Source: a virus (Duplodnaviria; Caudoviricetes). Taken from it: a stretch of 30,708 nucleotides of DNA. Each line of letters opens with the position of its first letter. The first letter of the stretch is position 1. The notes beneath the pieces are model-generated. The model searched no databases. It was not told the DNA's origin and worked only from the letters and a program-made list of their open reading frames with translations. Of this stretch, positions 24,149 to 30,708 are shown piece by piece. Made by a program: the position numbers and the translations under genes. Where the stretch lies: the IMG/VR virus record IMGVR_UViG_3300036783_000276, positions 1 to 30,708 of that record; one strand, written 5' to 3'.

Positions 24149-24438
24149 GTCGCCTCGCCCCCGGCCCTGGCTGCTGCCCTGGCCTTTACCGTAGCCTCGA
24201 TCTGCTCATCGGTCAGGCCGAGGCCGCGCCAGTACCCGTACCGGAGCGACAGGACGCCGAAGACCAGGACCTTGTGCCACAGGACGAGGGCCAGGAACAC
24301 CAGCCCCCGCCAGAAGGCGCCGGTGATCCAGCCGATGACGACGAGGACCCAGGCGATGGCGGTGCCCAGCGTGCGGCCGGGCCGGATCTCGGAGGATCTC
24401 TTGCGCAGCCCGGCCACGGGGAGGTCGGCAGTGGTCAT
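24145..24438 (-). CDS. Membrane protein, 97 aa
   Basis: Hydrophobic segments; TATCCT -10 box 7 nt before ATG. Confidence 0.7.
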   Translation of the reverse strand: MTTADLPVAGLRKRSSEIRPGRTLGTAIAWVLVVIGWITGAFWRGLVFLALVLWHKVLVFGVLSLRYGYWRGLGLTDEQIEATVKARAAARAGGEAT

Positions 24439-24463
24439 GGATCCGAGGATAGACCGCCGGGGC

Positions 24464-25201
24464 TCAGATGGCTGCCAGGCCCGGGTCGCTGCGAGCGTAA
24501 TAGTCCAGGGTGATCTCCGGGACCCAGGCCCAGGTGACGCCCGCGCGCAGCCACCGGTCCACCAGGTGCCAGTCGGCGGGGCGGCCGGACGGCTCCCAGG
24601 TCGCGGTCTCCAGCAGCCCGGCCCGGTGCACGATCATCGACGTGTCGATCTGGCTGAACACGGGCTGGCAGCAGCCGATGACCCAGGCCCTGGCGGCGTG
24701 GCTGTCCTGGCACAGCGCCTTGCCGTAGGCGAACGACACGTCCTCGCGCTCGATCGCGCCGGCCAGCAGCCGCAGGTGGCCGGGCCGCCAGGCGTTGTCG
24801 TCATCCAGGTAGGCGATCAGGTCCCCGGTGGCCAGCCGGGTGCCGGCCAGCCGGGCCCAGATGCCCCGGTTCAGCTGCTCGCGGTGCTCGTCCAGGAACA
24901 CCACGCCGGGCACGTCCTCCAGGGCCGGGTCCGGGCCGTCGCTGACGATGACGTGCTCGATCTCGCCGTCGTAGTCCTGAGCCTGGATGGATGGTATGCA
25001 CCGGTCCAGCAGCAGCCTGTGACGGCGCCAGGTGGGGGTGACGACGGAGATCTTCGGCCTGCGGGCCAGGACCGCCGAGACGAGCGTGCGGATGACCCGC
25101 GCGGCGGCGCGGATCACGTGCACGTGCACGGCGATCACGGCCCGGACTACGTGCGGGTGCGCGACGGCGGCGGCCAGGACGATGTGAGCATGCGGCGTCA
25201 C
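24464..25201 (-). CDS. Glycosyltransferase family 2 (paralog of 9567..10175) with unusual His/Val/Ala-rich N-terminal extension
   Basis: ISVVTPTWRRH, SDGPD, IAYLDDDN, IDTSMIVH and DWHLV motifs; start uncertain. Confidence 0.85.
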   Translation of the reverse strand: MTPHAHIVLAAAVAHPHVVRAVIAVHVHVIRAAARVIRTLVSAVLARRPKISVVTPTWRRHRLLLDRCIPSIQAQDYDGEIEHVIVSDGPDPALEDVPGVVFLDEHREQLNRGIWARLAGTRLATGDLIAYLDDDNAWRPGHLRLLAGAIEREDVSFAYGKALCQDSHAARAWVIGCCQPVFSQIDTSMIVHRAGLLETATWEPSGRPADWHLVDRWLRAGVTWAWVPEITLDYYARSDPGLAAI

Positions 25202-25283
25202 GGAACCCCCCAGGCGAGGCGGATGATCACGAACCTGAGGATAGACCGTGGGGTAACCGGGCCGCAGCGACCTATGACATAGC

Positions 25284-25344
25284 GGTGCCCCCGGCGGGAA
25301 TCAGGTCACCAGGCGCCTGGCGGCCGAGAGCCGTATCCGGGGGC
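25284..25344 (-). other. Degenerate tRNA-like fold (acceptor GCCCCCG/CGGGGGC-ACC, two short hairpins, no intact T-arm)
   Basis: The 3' end GATTCCCGCCGGGGGCACC resembles a tRNA 3' half; hairpins CGGC/GCCG and CCAGG/CCTGG. Confidence 0.25.
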
Positions 25345-25515
25345 TTACGAGTACCAGTGTACAACACGGGTCCGCCCTCCCGGCATATCCCGCCCGAGGA
25401 GGCCGCCCACCTTGCGGGAGCTGCGGCCTGGTGCTGCGGGTGCCGGGAGGACGTTTGCTGCCTTCGCGAGAGGCCGGCCGACCGAGCCTCCAGCGTATCG
25501 TGGCTGCCGGCCCCG

Positions 25516-25592
25516 GGATGACCCCCGGGAGTCGAACCCGGAATCCGCTCTGCTCACGGGCAGCTCGCCGGGCGTGGCCCCGGGTCGCATCC
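25516..25592 (-). ncRNA. tRNA-like element, 77 nt (pseudo-tRNA; GTG in a non-canonical anticodon loop)
   Basis: Canonical T-arm CCGGG-TTCGACT-CCCGG (25525-25541); ends pair (GGATG/CATCC, GACC/GGTC); CTGC-CCGTGA-GCAG arm; D-arm non-canonical; no CCA. Confidence 0.4.
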
Positions 25593-25696
25593 GCTTCGCT
25601 AGTCACTACCTCGCGGTTTGCGCGCTCCCGCCGGATCTCCCGGCCTCGGCGCCTCACGTGCGTGCCGAGCACGGAAGCCATCCACCGGGAGACATG

Positions 25697-27421
25697 CTAC
25701 GCCCCGGCCATCCAGTTCGCGGTCTGCCGCCCGGGGCTGGCCACCGATTTCACCGGGTCGTAGTTCCGGCGCCGCTTGTTCAGCGCCCACAGCGCCAGCG
25801 TGGCGGTGGTGATGGGGGTGATGTCGGAGTCGGAGTCGCGGCGGCACCAGGCCTTCCCGCCGTCGCCGACATCGCGGGTCTCCGCCGAGGCCACCGACGC
25901 CCACAGGCCCGGGGCGTGCTCGCGGCCGAGGTGGATGAGCCCGCCGTTGCGGCCCTTGCGGACCGAGGTGACGATCAGGCTGAACGCGGCGGCCTCGTCG
26001 GCGGAGCTGGCCCAGGTGATGTCCAGGCCCGCGTTGACCGCCTCGTCCACCAGCCCGGCGGCCGGCCCGTTCTTCGGCGCGATGATCGCGGCCGGGTGCC
26101 ATTTGCGCTTCAGCTCGGCCAGCTTCGGGATGACCCAGGCGGTGCCTTCCCGGGAGCAGCCGCGCGGCGTCTCCACCACCGGCCGGGACGGGTAGGTGCC
26201 GTCGCCGGGCCGTTCCCAGCACGCCGAGATGGTGGCGGAGATCATGTCCGGGTCGATGTCGAACGCGAAGGTGACCGGGCGGGTGGCGCCGCCGGGGTCG
26301 GGCATCGAGCAGGCCTGCCACTGCTCCTCCGACACCACGGCCCAGGCGGCGTCCTCGGACGGCCAGTCGCCGACGCCGAGCCTTTCCCGGTCGAAGGTCG
26401 TCATCGACATGGCGGCCATCTCCTGGGCGATGTGCGACCCGGCGATCCGGAGGCCGTACGCGGGGTTGGCCTTTGCCCAGGAGAGCGGGCTGTCCCGGTC
26501 GTCGTGCCTCGGGCAGATGATGTACCGGTTGGTCTTGCGGCCGTTCACCTCGTCGCGGTGGCACAGGTCGTTGTGCGGGCTGATCGACCATTCGGCGCCC
26601 ATCAGGGTGGGGTCCTTGCGGATCACCCGGCGGCGGACCGAGCCCAGGTGCACCGAGTCCTGGTAGCCCGCGCTGGCGGTGTACACCATCTGCGGGTTGG
26701 CCACGGCCGACATGGTGGGGAGGGAGGCGCCGACCACCTCATCGGACAGGATCATGGCCTCGTCGTAGGCGAGGAAGTCGGCGGTGAACGACCGGCCGGA
26801 GCCGCGTGACCGGGCCAGGAACCGGAGCCGGGACGCGACGGTGCGGCGGATCCGGGTGCCGTTCGGGCCGAAGATCAGGGTCGGGGCGGGCCTGAGTTCG
26901 ATCGCCTCATCGCCGTGGGACGTGGTGACGGACTTGACCCGGCGGCGCAGGTCATCGAAATTCGTGACCACATCCCGGACCCGGCGGAAATGTTCGGCCG
27001 CCGCCTTGAACTCGTGGGCAGTGTGGATGAGCATCCGCTCGCCGAGGATGAACAGGCCGCCGAGTTCCCGCACTTCAAGGCACTGGTTTTTTCCATTCTG
27101 CCTTGAAACGATAAGCATTCCCTCGAATGCCGACCAGCTGCCGTCCGGCCTGGTGCCGCACAATTCGGTGAGCCACCAGTCCTGCCACGGGTCCAGGTCG
27201 TATTCGTACGCCCTGGCCCATTCGAGCAGGTCGGCGGACTGGTAGTCGCCGCAGCCGCAGGCGTAGCCCGGGTTGTCGCAGGCCTTGCAGGCCGGGTCCT
27301 TGGCCCGGTGCCGGGGCGGAGCGGTCCAGAACCGGGGAACCTGCGAGCCTACGGTCTCGGCGCCCCGGAGCACGCGGCCGTCCGGCGTCCACACGTCGGG
27401 TACGACGACAAGCTGGGTCAT
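25697..27421 (-). CDS. terL: Terminase large subunit, 574 aa
   Basis: LDPWQ, Walker A SRQNGKN, HTAHEF, Walker B LAYDEA, KANP, FDRERLG, and nuclease FAFDID and DITP motifs. Confidence 0.95.
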   Translation of the reverse strand: MTQLVVVPDVWTPDGRVLRGAETVGSQVPRFWTAPPRHRAKDPACKACDNPGYACGCGDYQSADLLEWARAYEYDLDPWQDWWLTELCGTRPDGSWSAFEGMLIVSRQNGKNQCLEVRELGGLFILGERMLIHTAHEFKAAAEHFRRVRDVVTNFDDLRRRVKSVTTSHGDEAIELRPAPTLIFGPNGTRIRRTVASRLRFLARSRGSGRSFTADFLAYDEAMILSDEVVGASLPTMSAVANPQMVYTASAGYQDSVHLGSVRRRVIRKDPTLMGAEWSISPHNDLCHRDEVNGRKTNRYIICPRHDDRDSPLSWAKANPAYGLRIAGSHIAQEMAAMSMTTFDRERLGVGDWPSEDAAWAVVSEEQWQACSMPDPGGATRPVTFAFDIDPDMISATISACWERPGDGTYPSRPVVETPRGCSREGTAWVIPKLAELKRKWHPAAIIAPKNGPAAGLVDEAVNAGLDITWASSADEAAAFSLIVTSVRKGRNGGLIHLGREHAPGLWASVASAETRDVGDGGKAWCRRDSDSDITPITTATLALWALNKRRRNYDPVKSVASPGRQTANWMAGA

Positions 27422-27501
27422 GCCGGGTCCGGGACCTTCCTCGCGGCTTTCCGCCGTCCCGGCTCCGGCATGCCCGGCCTCGGGGTGATCCTCTTACGGT
27501 A

Positions 27502-27747
27502 TTACAGGACCTGCCACTGCACGTCGCAGGCGCGGCAGAGATGCGTGCCGCCATGGCCGGGCGGGTTCGCGCAGGAGTGCTCGTCCCGGGTCTCCGGGCA
27601 GTGCCGGCTCATCGCCCGGTGCTGGGCCAGGACGAATTCCAGGTCCCTCAGGCCGTGGCTGGTCACGCTGAACCGGTACAGCGCGGGCGGCTCCCGGAGT
27701 TCGAGGAAGGCCTGCCCGCCCTGCTCGGTTACCTGGACCTCCATCAT
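27502..27747 (-). CDS. Hypothetical protein with C-terminal Cys/His motif, 81 aa
   Basis: ATGA coupling; C...C...GHGGTHLC..C. Confidence 0.6.
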   Translation of the reverse strand: MMEVQVTEQGGQAFLELREPPALYRFSVTSHGLRDLEFVLAQHRAMSRHCPETRDEHSCANPPGHGGTHLCRACDVQWQVL

Positions 27748-28121
27748 CCGGTCCCGGACAGCCGCTGCTCGCGGCGGGCCCGGAGGTCGTCGGTCTGGTC
27801 GCCCTTCTGGTTCCCGGGCGACATTTCCTTCAGGGTGGTGATCGCCTGCCGGATCTCCCGGGCGTGGCCGGACTGGTTGCGGGGGTCCAGGACGTGCAGG
27901 TCCATCATGATGGCGAGCTGGATGACGCCGGCCGCGATGCCGCCCTTGCGCAGGTCGTCCGGGAGGCCTTTCAGGTCATGCCGGACCCCGCGTTCCACCG
28001 GGCCGATCGTCCGCCTCGGCCGGCGCGGCGGCGCCTCAGCCGGGCCGTCCCGCTGCGCCGGGGCCGGATCGAGCATGTCCATCGCGGACGGCTGCACGTC
28101 CGGCTGCTGCTTGCGGGGCAT
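27744..28121 (-). CDS. terS: Terminase small subunit (actinophage type), 125 aa
   Basis: Position upstream of terL; helical GPVERGVRHDL...LAIMMD...REIRQAITTL...DDLRARREQR pattern; TAGCCT -10 box 6 nt before ATG. Confidence 0.7.
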   Translation of the reverse strand: MPRKQQPDVQPSAMDMLDPAPAQRDGPAEAPPRRPRRTIGPVERGVRHDLKGLPDDLRKGGIAAGVIQLAIMMDLHVLDPRNQSGHAREIRQAITTLKEMSPGNQKGDQTDDLRARREQRLSGTG

Positions 28122-28134
28122 GACCCCAGGCTAG

Positions 28135-28392
28135 TCAGCTCTTGAAGCCGTTGCCTTCACCGGGCCACTCATCGGCCCAGCCGAGCGGCAGGGTCAGCGG
28201 CTCGGACACCGGGCCGGCGGTGACGCCCATCAGGACCGGGCGGCCGAAAAGGACCCGGATCCGGTCCCAGAGCCCGAGCGGGGGCACGATGTCCGGGACG
28301 ATGAAGTCCCCGGCCGCCGCCGTCACGCCCATGCAGGAGACGTTGCCGTGCCGGGTGTAGCCCTCGCAGCCGGGGCAGTGCTGCCTGGTCAT
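28135..28392 (-). CDS. Hypothetical protein, 85 aa
   Basis: GGAGG RBS; ATGA coupling. Confidence 0.55.
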   Translation of the reverse strand: MTRQHCPGCEGYTRHGNVSCMGVTAAAGDFIVPDIVPPLGLWDRIRVLFGRPVLMGVTAGPVSEPLTLPLGWADEWPGEGNGFKS

Positions 28393-28538
28393 CGCGAGTG
28401 CCTCCCTCCTGCGGGTTCGCGGCCGATCCGGGCCCGGTCCCGGTTCAGCCGCTTCCAGTATTCGGCCTCGCTGATCCGGCCGGCCAGGTACAGGACCGTC
28501 GTGATGATGTGGCCGTACACGGCCCTGACGTAGTTCAC
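28389..28538 (-). CDS. Small hypothetical protein, 49 aa (MNYVRAVYGHIITTVLYLAGRISEAEYWKR...)
   Basis: Not in the ORF track; GTGA start and ATGA stop coupling; high GC3. Confidence 0.55.
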   Translation of the reverse strand: MNYVRAVYGHIITTVLYLAGRISEAEYWKRLNRDRARIGREPAGGRHSR

Positions 28539-28861
28539 GGCCGGTACCCCTTCCCGAAATCGAGCGTGCCGGCGGCGAACTGCTCCAGCAGGGTGCCCCC
28601 CGGGTCCGGCGACGGGGCCGGCCGGGGCTTCCGGGTGATCATCACGTCGTCGCCGCCGCAGCAGCGGGCCAGCCAGCCGCCTCCGCCGTCTGAGCGGATC
28701 TCGTCGCCCTCGTAGAAGTCATCCGAGCACAGGGCGCACGTACCGTCGTAACCAGCGATGAACCACGGGCCGTACAGCGCCGGGACCGCCGCCGGGACGC
28801 CGGGTCCCGGACGGCAGTCAGCGCAGTCCCGCCGTTCGATCAGGTGCTCGCACTCAGCCAT
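28535..28861 (-). CDS. Cys-rich putative Zn-binding protein, 108 aa
   Basis: CEH..CADC and AGYDGTCALC...GDEI...CC motifs; TATACT -10 box 7 nt before ATG. Confidence 0.7.
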   Translation of the reverse strand: MAECEHLIERRDCADCRPGPGVPAAVPALYGPWFIAGYDGTCALCSDDFYEGDEIRSDGGGGWLARCCGGDDVMITRKPRPAPSPDPGGTLLEQFAAGTLDFGKGYRP

Positions 28862-28932
28862 GGAATTTAGTATAGGTCGTACCGCGTAATACTCTATGAG
28901 CCCTTTAACTCACCACTGCCAGGAGAGTCATC
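28862..28932. promoter_or_regulatory. AT-rich divergent promoter region
   Basis: TATACT on the minus strand and TAATACTCTATGAG on the plus strand; separates the leftward late operon from rightward genes. Confidence 0.6.
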
Positions 28933-29130
28933 ATGGGGAACCCCCGCCCGATAGCCGTGCTCTGGATGGATGACCGGGTGGAGGTGTACGACAACGCCGA
29001 GACCAGCTTGTCCAACGGCGTCCTGCACATCCACCAGCGGACCGGGATCGGCAGCATGATCCTCGCCGAACACCACCTGCCGATCTGCAACATCCGGGAC
29101 TACTACCCGGCTGACCAGGAGAATGGCTGA
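28933..29130 (+). CDS. Hypothetical protein, 65 aa
   Basis: AGGAGA RBS; high GC3. Confidence 0.7.
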   Translation: MGNPRPIAVLWMDDRVEVYDNAETSLSNGVLHIHQRTGIGSMILAEHHLPICNIRDYYPADQENG

Positions 29131-29977
29131 TGGCTACTGCTGGACCTGCGGGGAGTACCTGGAGCTGCCGTTCGGTCACCTGTGCGGTGGCTGCATGAAC
29201 GCCTGGTACGACACCCGATCCCGGGGCCTGGCTGAACCCGAGGTCATCGCCGACCTGTGCTGCGGAGCGGGCGGAGCGGCCCGTGGCATGTCCAAGGCCG
29301 GCCACTACGTCATCGGCGTCGACACGAACGCGAAGCTGCGCGATGACTACCTGCGCTCCGGCGCGGCTGAATTTGTCCATGCGAGCATCACCGATGTCCT
29401 CGCGGACACGACGTTCCTGCGGCGGATCACGTTCGCCTGGGTGAGCCCGCCCTGCCAGCATTTCAGCCGGATGTGCCGGTGCCGGCCCGAGCTGCGGGAG
29501 AGGTACCCGGACCTGATCACCCCGTCCCGGCCGCTGCTCGATGCGTGGGGCGGCCTGTACGTGATCGAGAACGTGTCCGGCGCGCGGCCCTGGATGAAGA
29601 ACCCGGTCTGCGTGTGCATGTGGATGTGGGGCCGGGAGACGTACCGGCACCGGCTGCTGGAGGCCGGCGGCGGGCTTGCGCTGACACCGCCCAGGCCGCC
29701 GGCCTTTCCATCACCCGGTACCAGGATAGACCCTGAGTGCGGGTGGCCCCACCCGTTCCCGGCGTCCAAGGCCGGGCACTGGGGCCAGGACCAGCGGGCC
29801 GGGAAGCGCACGTTCGTGTCGGTATCCGGGCACGAGCTGAGGGAACCGGTGCAGCGAGTGATGGAGGCAGGATGGATGCGCAAGCGGGAGGACGTTGCCG
29901 AGTCGATCCCCTGGTACATGGCCGCGTGGGTGATGGACCAGCTGGCGGCCTGGCGGGAAGCCGAAGCGGCAGCATGA
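29123..29977 (+). CDS. C5 cytosine DNA methyltransferase-like protein with N-terminal CxxC...CxxC, 284 aa
   Basis: Motif I DLCCGAGG, motif IV SPPCQ, motif VI VIENV, RHRLLE and C-terminal ESIP. Confidence 0.85.
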   Translation: MADGYCWTCGEYLELPFGHLCGGCMNAWYDTRSRGLAEPEVIADLCCGAGGAARGMSKAGHYVIGVDTNAKLRDDYLRSGAAEFVHASITDVLADTTFLRRITFAWVSPPCQHFSRMCRCRPELRERYPDLITPSRPLLDAWGGLYVIENVSGARPWMKNPVCVCMWMWGRETYRHRLLEAGGGLALTPPRPPAFPSPGTRIDPECGWPHPFPASKAGHWGQDQRAGKRTFVSVSGHELREPVQRVMEAGWMRKREDVAESIPWYMAAWVMDQLAAWREAEAAA

Positions 29978-30186
29978 CCCGCGAGGAGCTGAAGGCCCTG
30001 CTAGCCCGCCTGGACCTTGCTGAGGTCACCGTCGCGGTGGACGCCGCCGCTGACCGCCTGCTGCCCGAGCCAGGACCACAGCACCCAGTCGGTGGTGAGG
30101 GCGACGGGCCTGCCCTTGCCGGTGATGACCCGGCCGCAGGCGACGGCGAACTCGCAGATCCCCATGGAGCACCACAGGACGTCTGA
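29974..30186 (+). CDS. Possible small protein, 70 aa (MTREELKALL...)
   Basis: ATGA coupling, but 186 nt overlap with the antisense gene 30001..30537. Confidence 0.3.
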   Translation: MTREELKALLARLDLAEVTVAVDAAADRLLPEPGPQHPVGGEGDGPALAGDDPAAGDGELADPHGAPQDV

Positions 30187-30537
30187 CCCGGCGTCCGGGC
30201 CCAGGGCGATGCCGAGCGGGGTCCGGGTGGTCTGGAGGATCCGGCAGGTCTCGGTGCTGATCCGGGCCAGCGCCACGACCGACGTGATGCGGCCGATAAC
30301 GGTCCCGTCCGCCTGGAGGAGCCGGCCGGTGCGGCGGAGCGCGGCCCAGGTCTCGCCCTCGTCCACGCCCAGCGTCTGAGCTTCCTCGCGGAACAGGCAG
30401 GGCGGGTTGATCCGGTCGATGTCGGCGATGACCTCCTGCCCGCACCGGTCCCGGGCCCAGGGGGTGAGCAGGGCACCGGATTCGAGGACCTGCTTCAGTT
30501 CCAGGGCAGGCTCGGCCAAGGCCGGTAGTGCGATCAT
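30001..30537 (-). CDS. Chorismate pyruvate-lyase/UTRA-fold-like protein, 178 aa
   Basis: LLT...V...EEAQTLGV...LRRTGRL...ITSVVALARI...LQTTRTPLGIAL...RPVALTTD resembles the UbiC/Rv2949c pattern. Confidence 0.5.
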   Translation of the reverse strand: MIALPALAEPALELKQVLESGALLTPWARDRCGQEVIADIDRINPPCLFREEAQTLGVDEGETWAALRRTGRLLQADGTVIGRITSVVALARISTETCRILQTTRTPLGIALGPDAGSDVLWCSMGICEFAVACGRVITGKGRPVALTTDWVLWSWLGQQAVSGGVHRDGDLSKVQAG

Positions 30538-30708
30538 GCGGGTGTTCTCCAGCCGTCCGTGTACGGCGGCCGGGCGGGTGACAGCTTCAGGCGCCAGCCT
30601 GATTCCGGAACCGCTAGTCCTTTAACCTGGGTCCGAAGGTATTCAGTTGTGGCCCGCCCGGCCCTGCCCGGTCCACTCTCGTATCTGCTACCGGTCGCTG
30701 TCAAGCGG

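Noticed and set aside
25516-25592. Functional tRNA-His
   Set aside because: Six-nt anticodon loop without U33, non-canonical D-arm, bulged acceptor stem and no CCA; kept only as tRNA-like.
27418-27471. 17-aa ORF MPEPGRRKAARKVPDPA coupled to terL by ATGA
   Set aside because: Too short to support; the region is probably the terL leader and RBS.
177-30476. Numerous long plus-strand or alternate-frame ORFs in the track (e.g. 177..869, 5297..6730, 12349..13596, 18719..20005, 21186..22757, 25412..26809)
   Set aside because: They are shadows of real genes in high-GC DNA, Arg/Pro/Gly-rich and without motifs.
1-30708. CRISPR array, integrase/att site, transposase, reverse transcriptase/DGR
   Set aside because: No regularly spaced repeat-spacer units or matching protein motifs were seen; the only tandem repeats are coding.

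Overview
High-GC actinobacterial phage or prophage DNA. Most of the window is one minus-strand late operon. Read right to left it holds the small and large terminase, a glycosyltransferase, an HK97-type portal, a prohead protease and the major capsid protein. These are followed by small disordered or membrane proteins, an NDP-sugar modification and glycosyltransferase cluster (epimerase/dehydratase, C-methyltransferase, cupin, three GT2-like enzymes, one GT4), a SAM methyltransferase and putative minor virion or fibre proteins. Plus-strand genes include a GH5 glycoside hydrolase, an HNH endonuclease sitting in the 5' end of the portal gene, and a C5 DNA methyltransferase. The most striking signal is the rare Leu codon TTA. 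By manual inspection I found no in-frame TTA inside any intact conserved coding region, yet one sits exactly at each reading-frame anomaly. Two lie in the portal 5' end, where hops of +7 and +2 nt between matched take-off and landing codons restore a full-length portal. Three more lie at gene ends as TTA-G where a stop is expected. This suggests UUA (bldA-type hungry codon) triggered ribosomal bypassing or frameshifting that gates virion assembly, although assembly error is not excluded. Other signals are the recoded duplicate portal start beside the HNH gene, AT-rich synonymous patches in core motifs, a repeated leader motif with a three-way-junction RNA, and degenerate tRNA-like elements after the terminase. 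All calls were made by eye without database searches.
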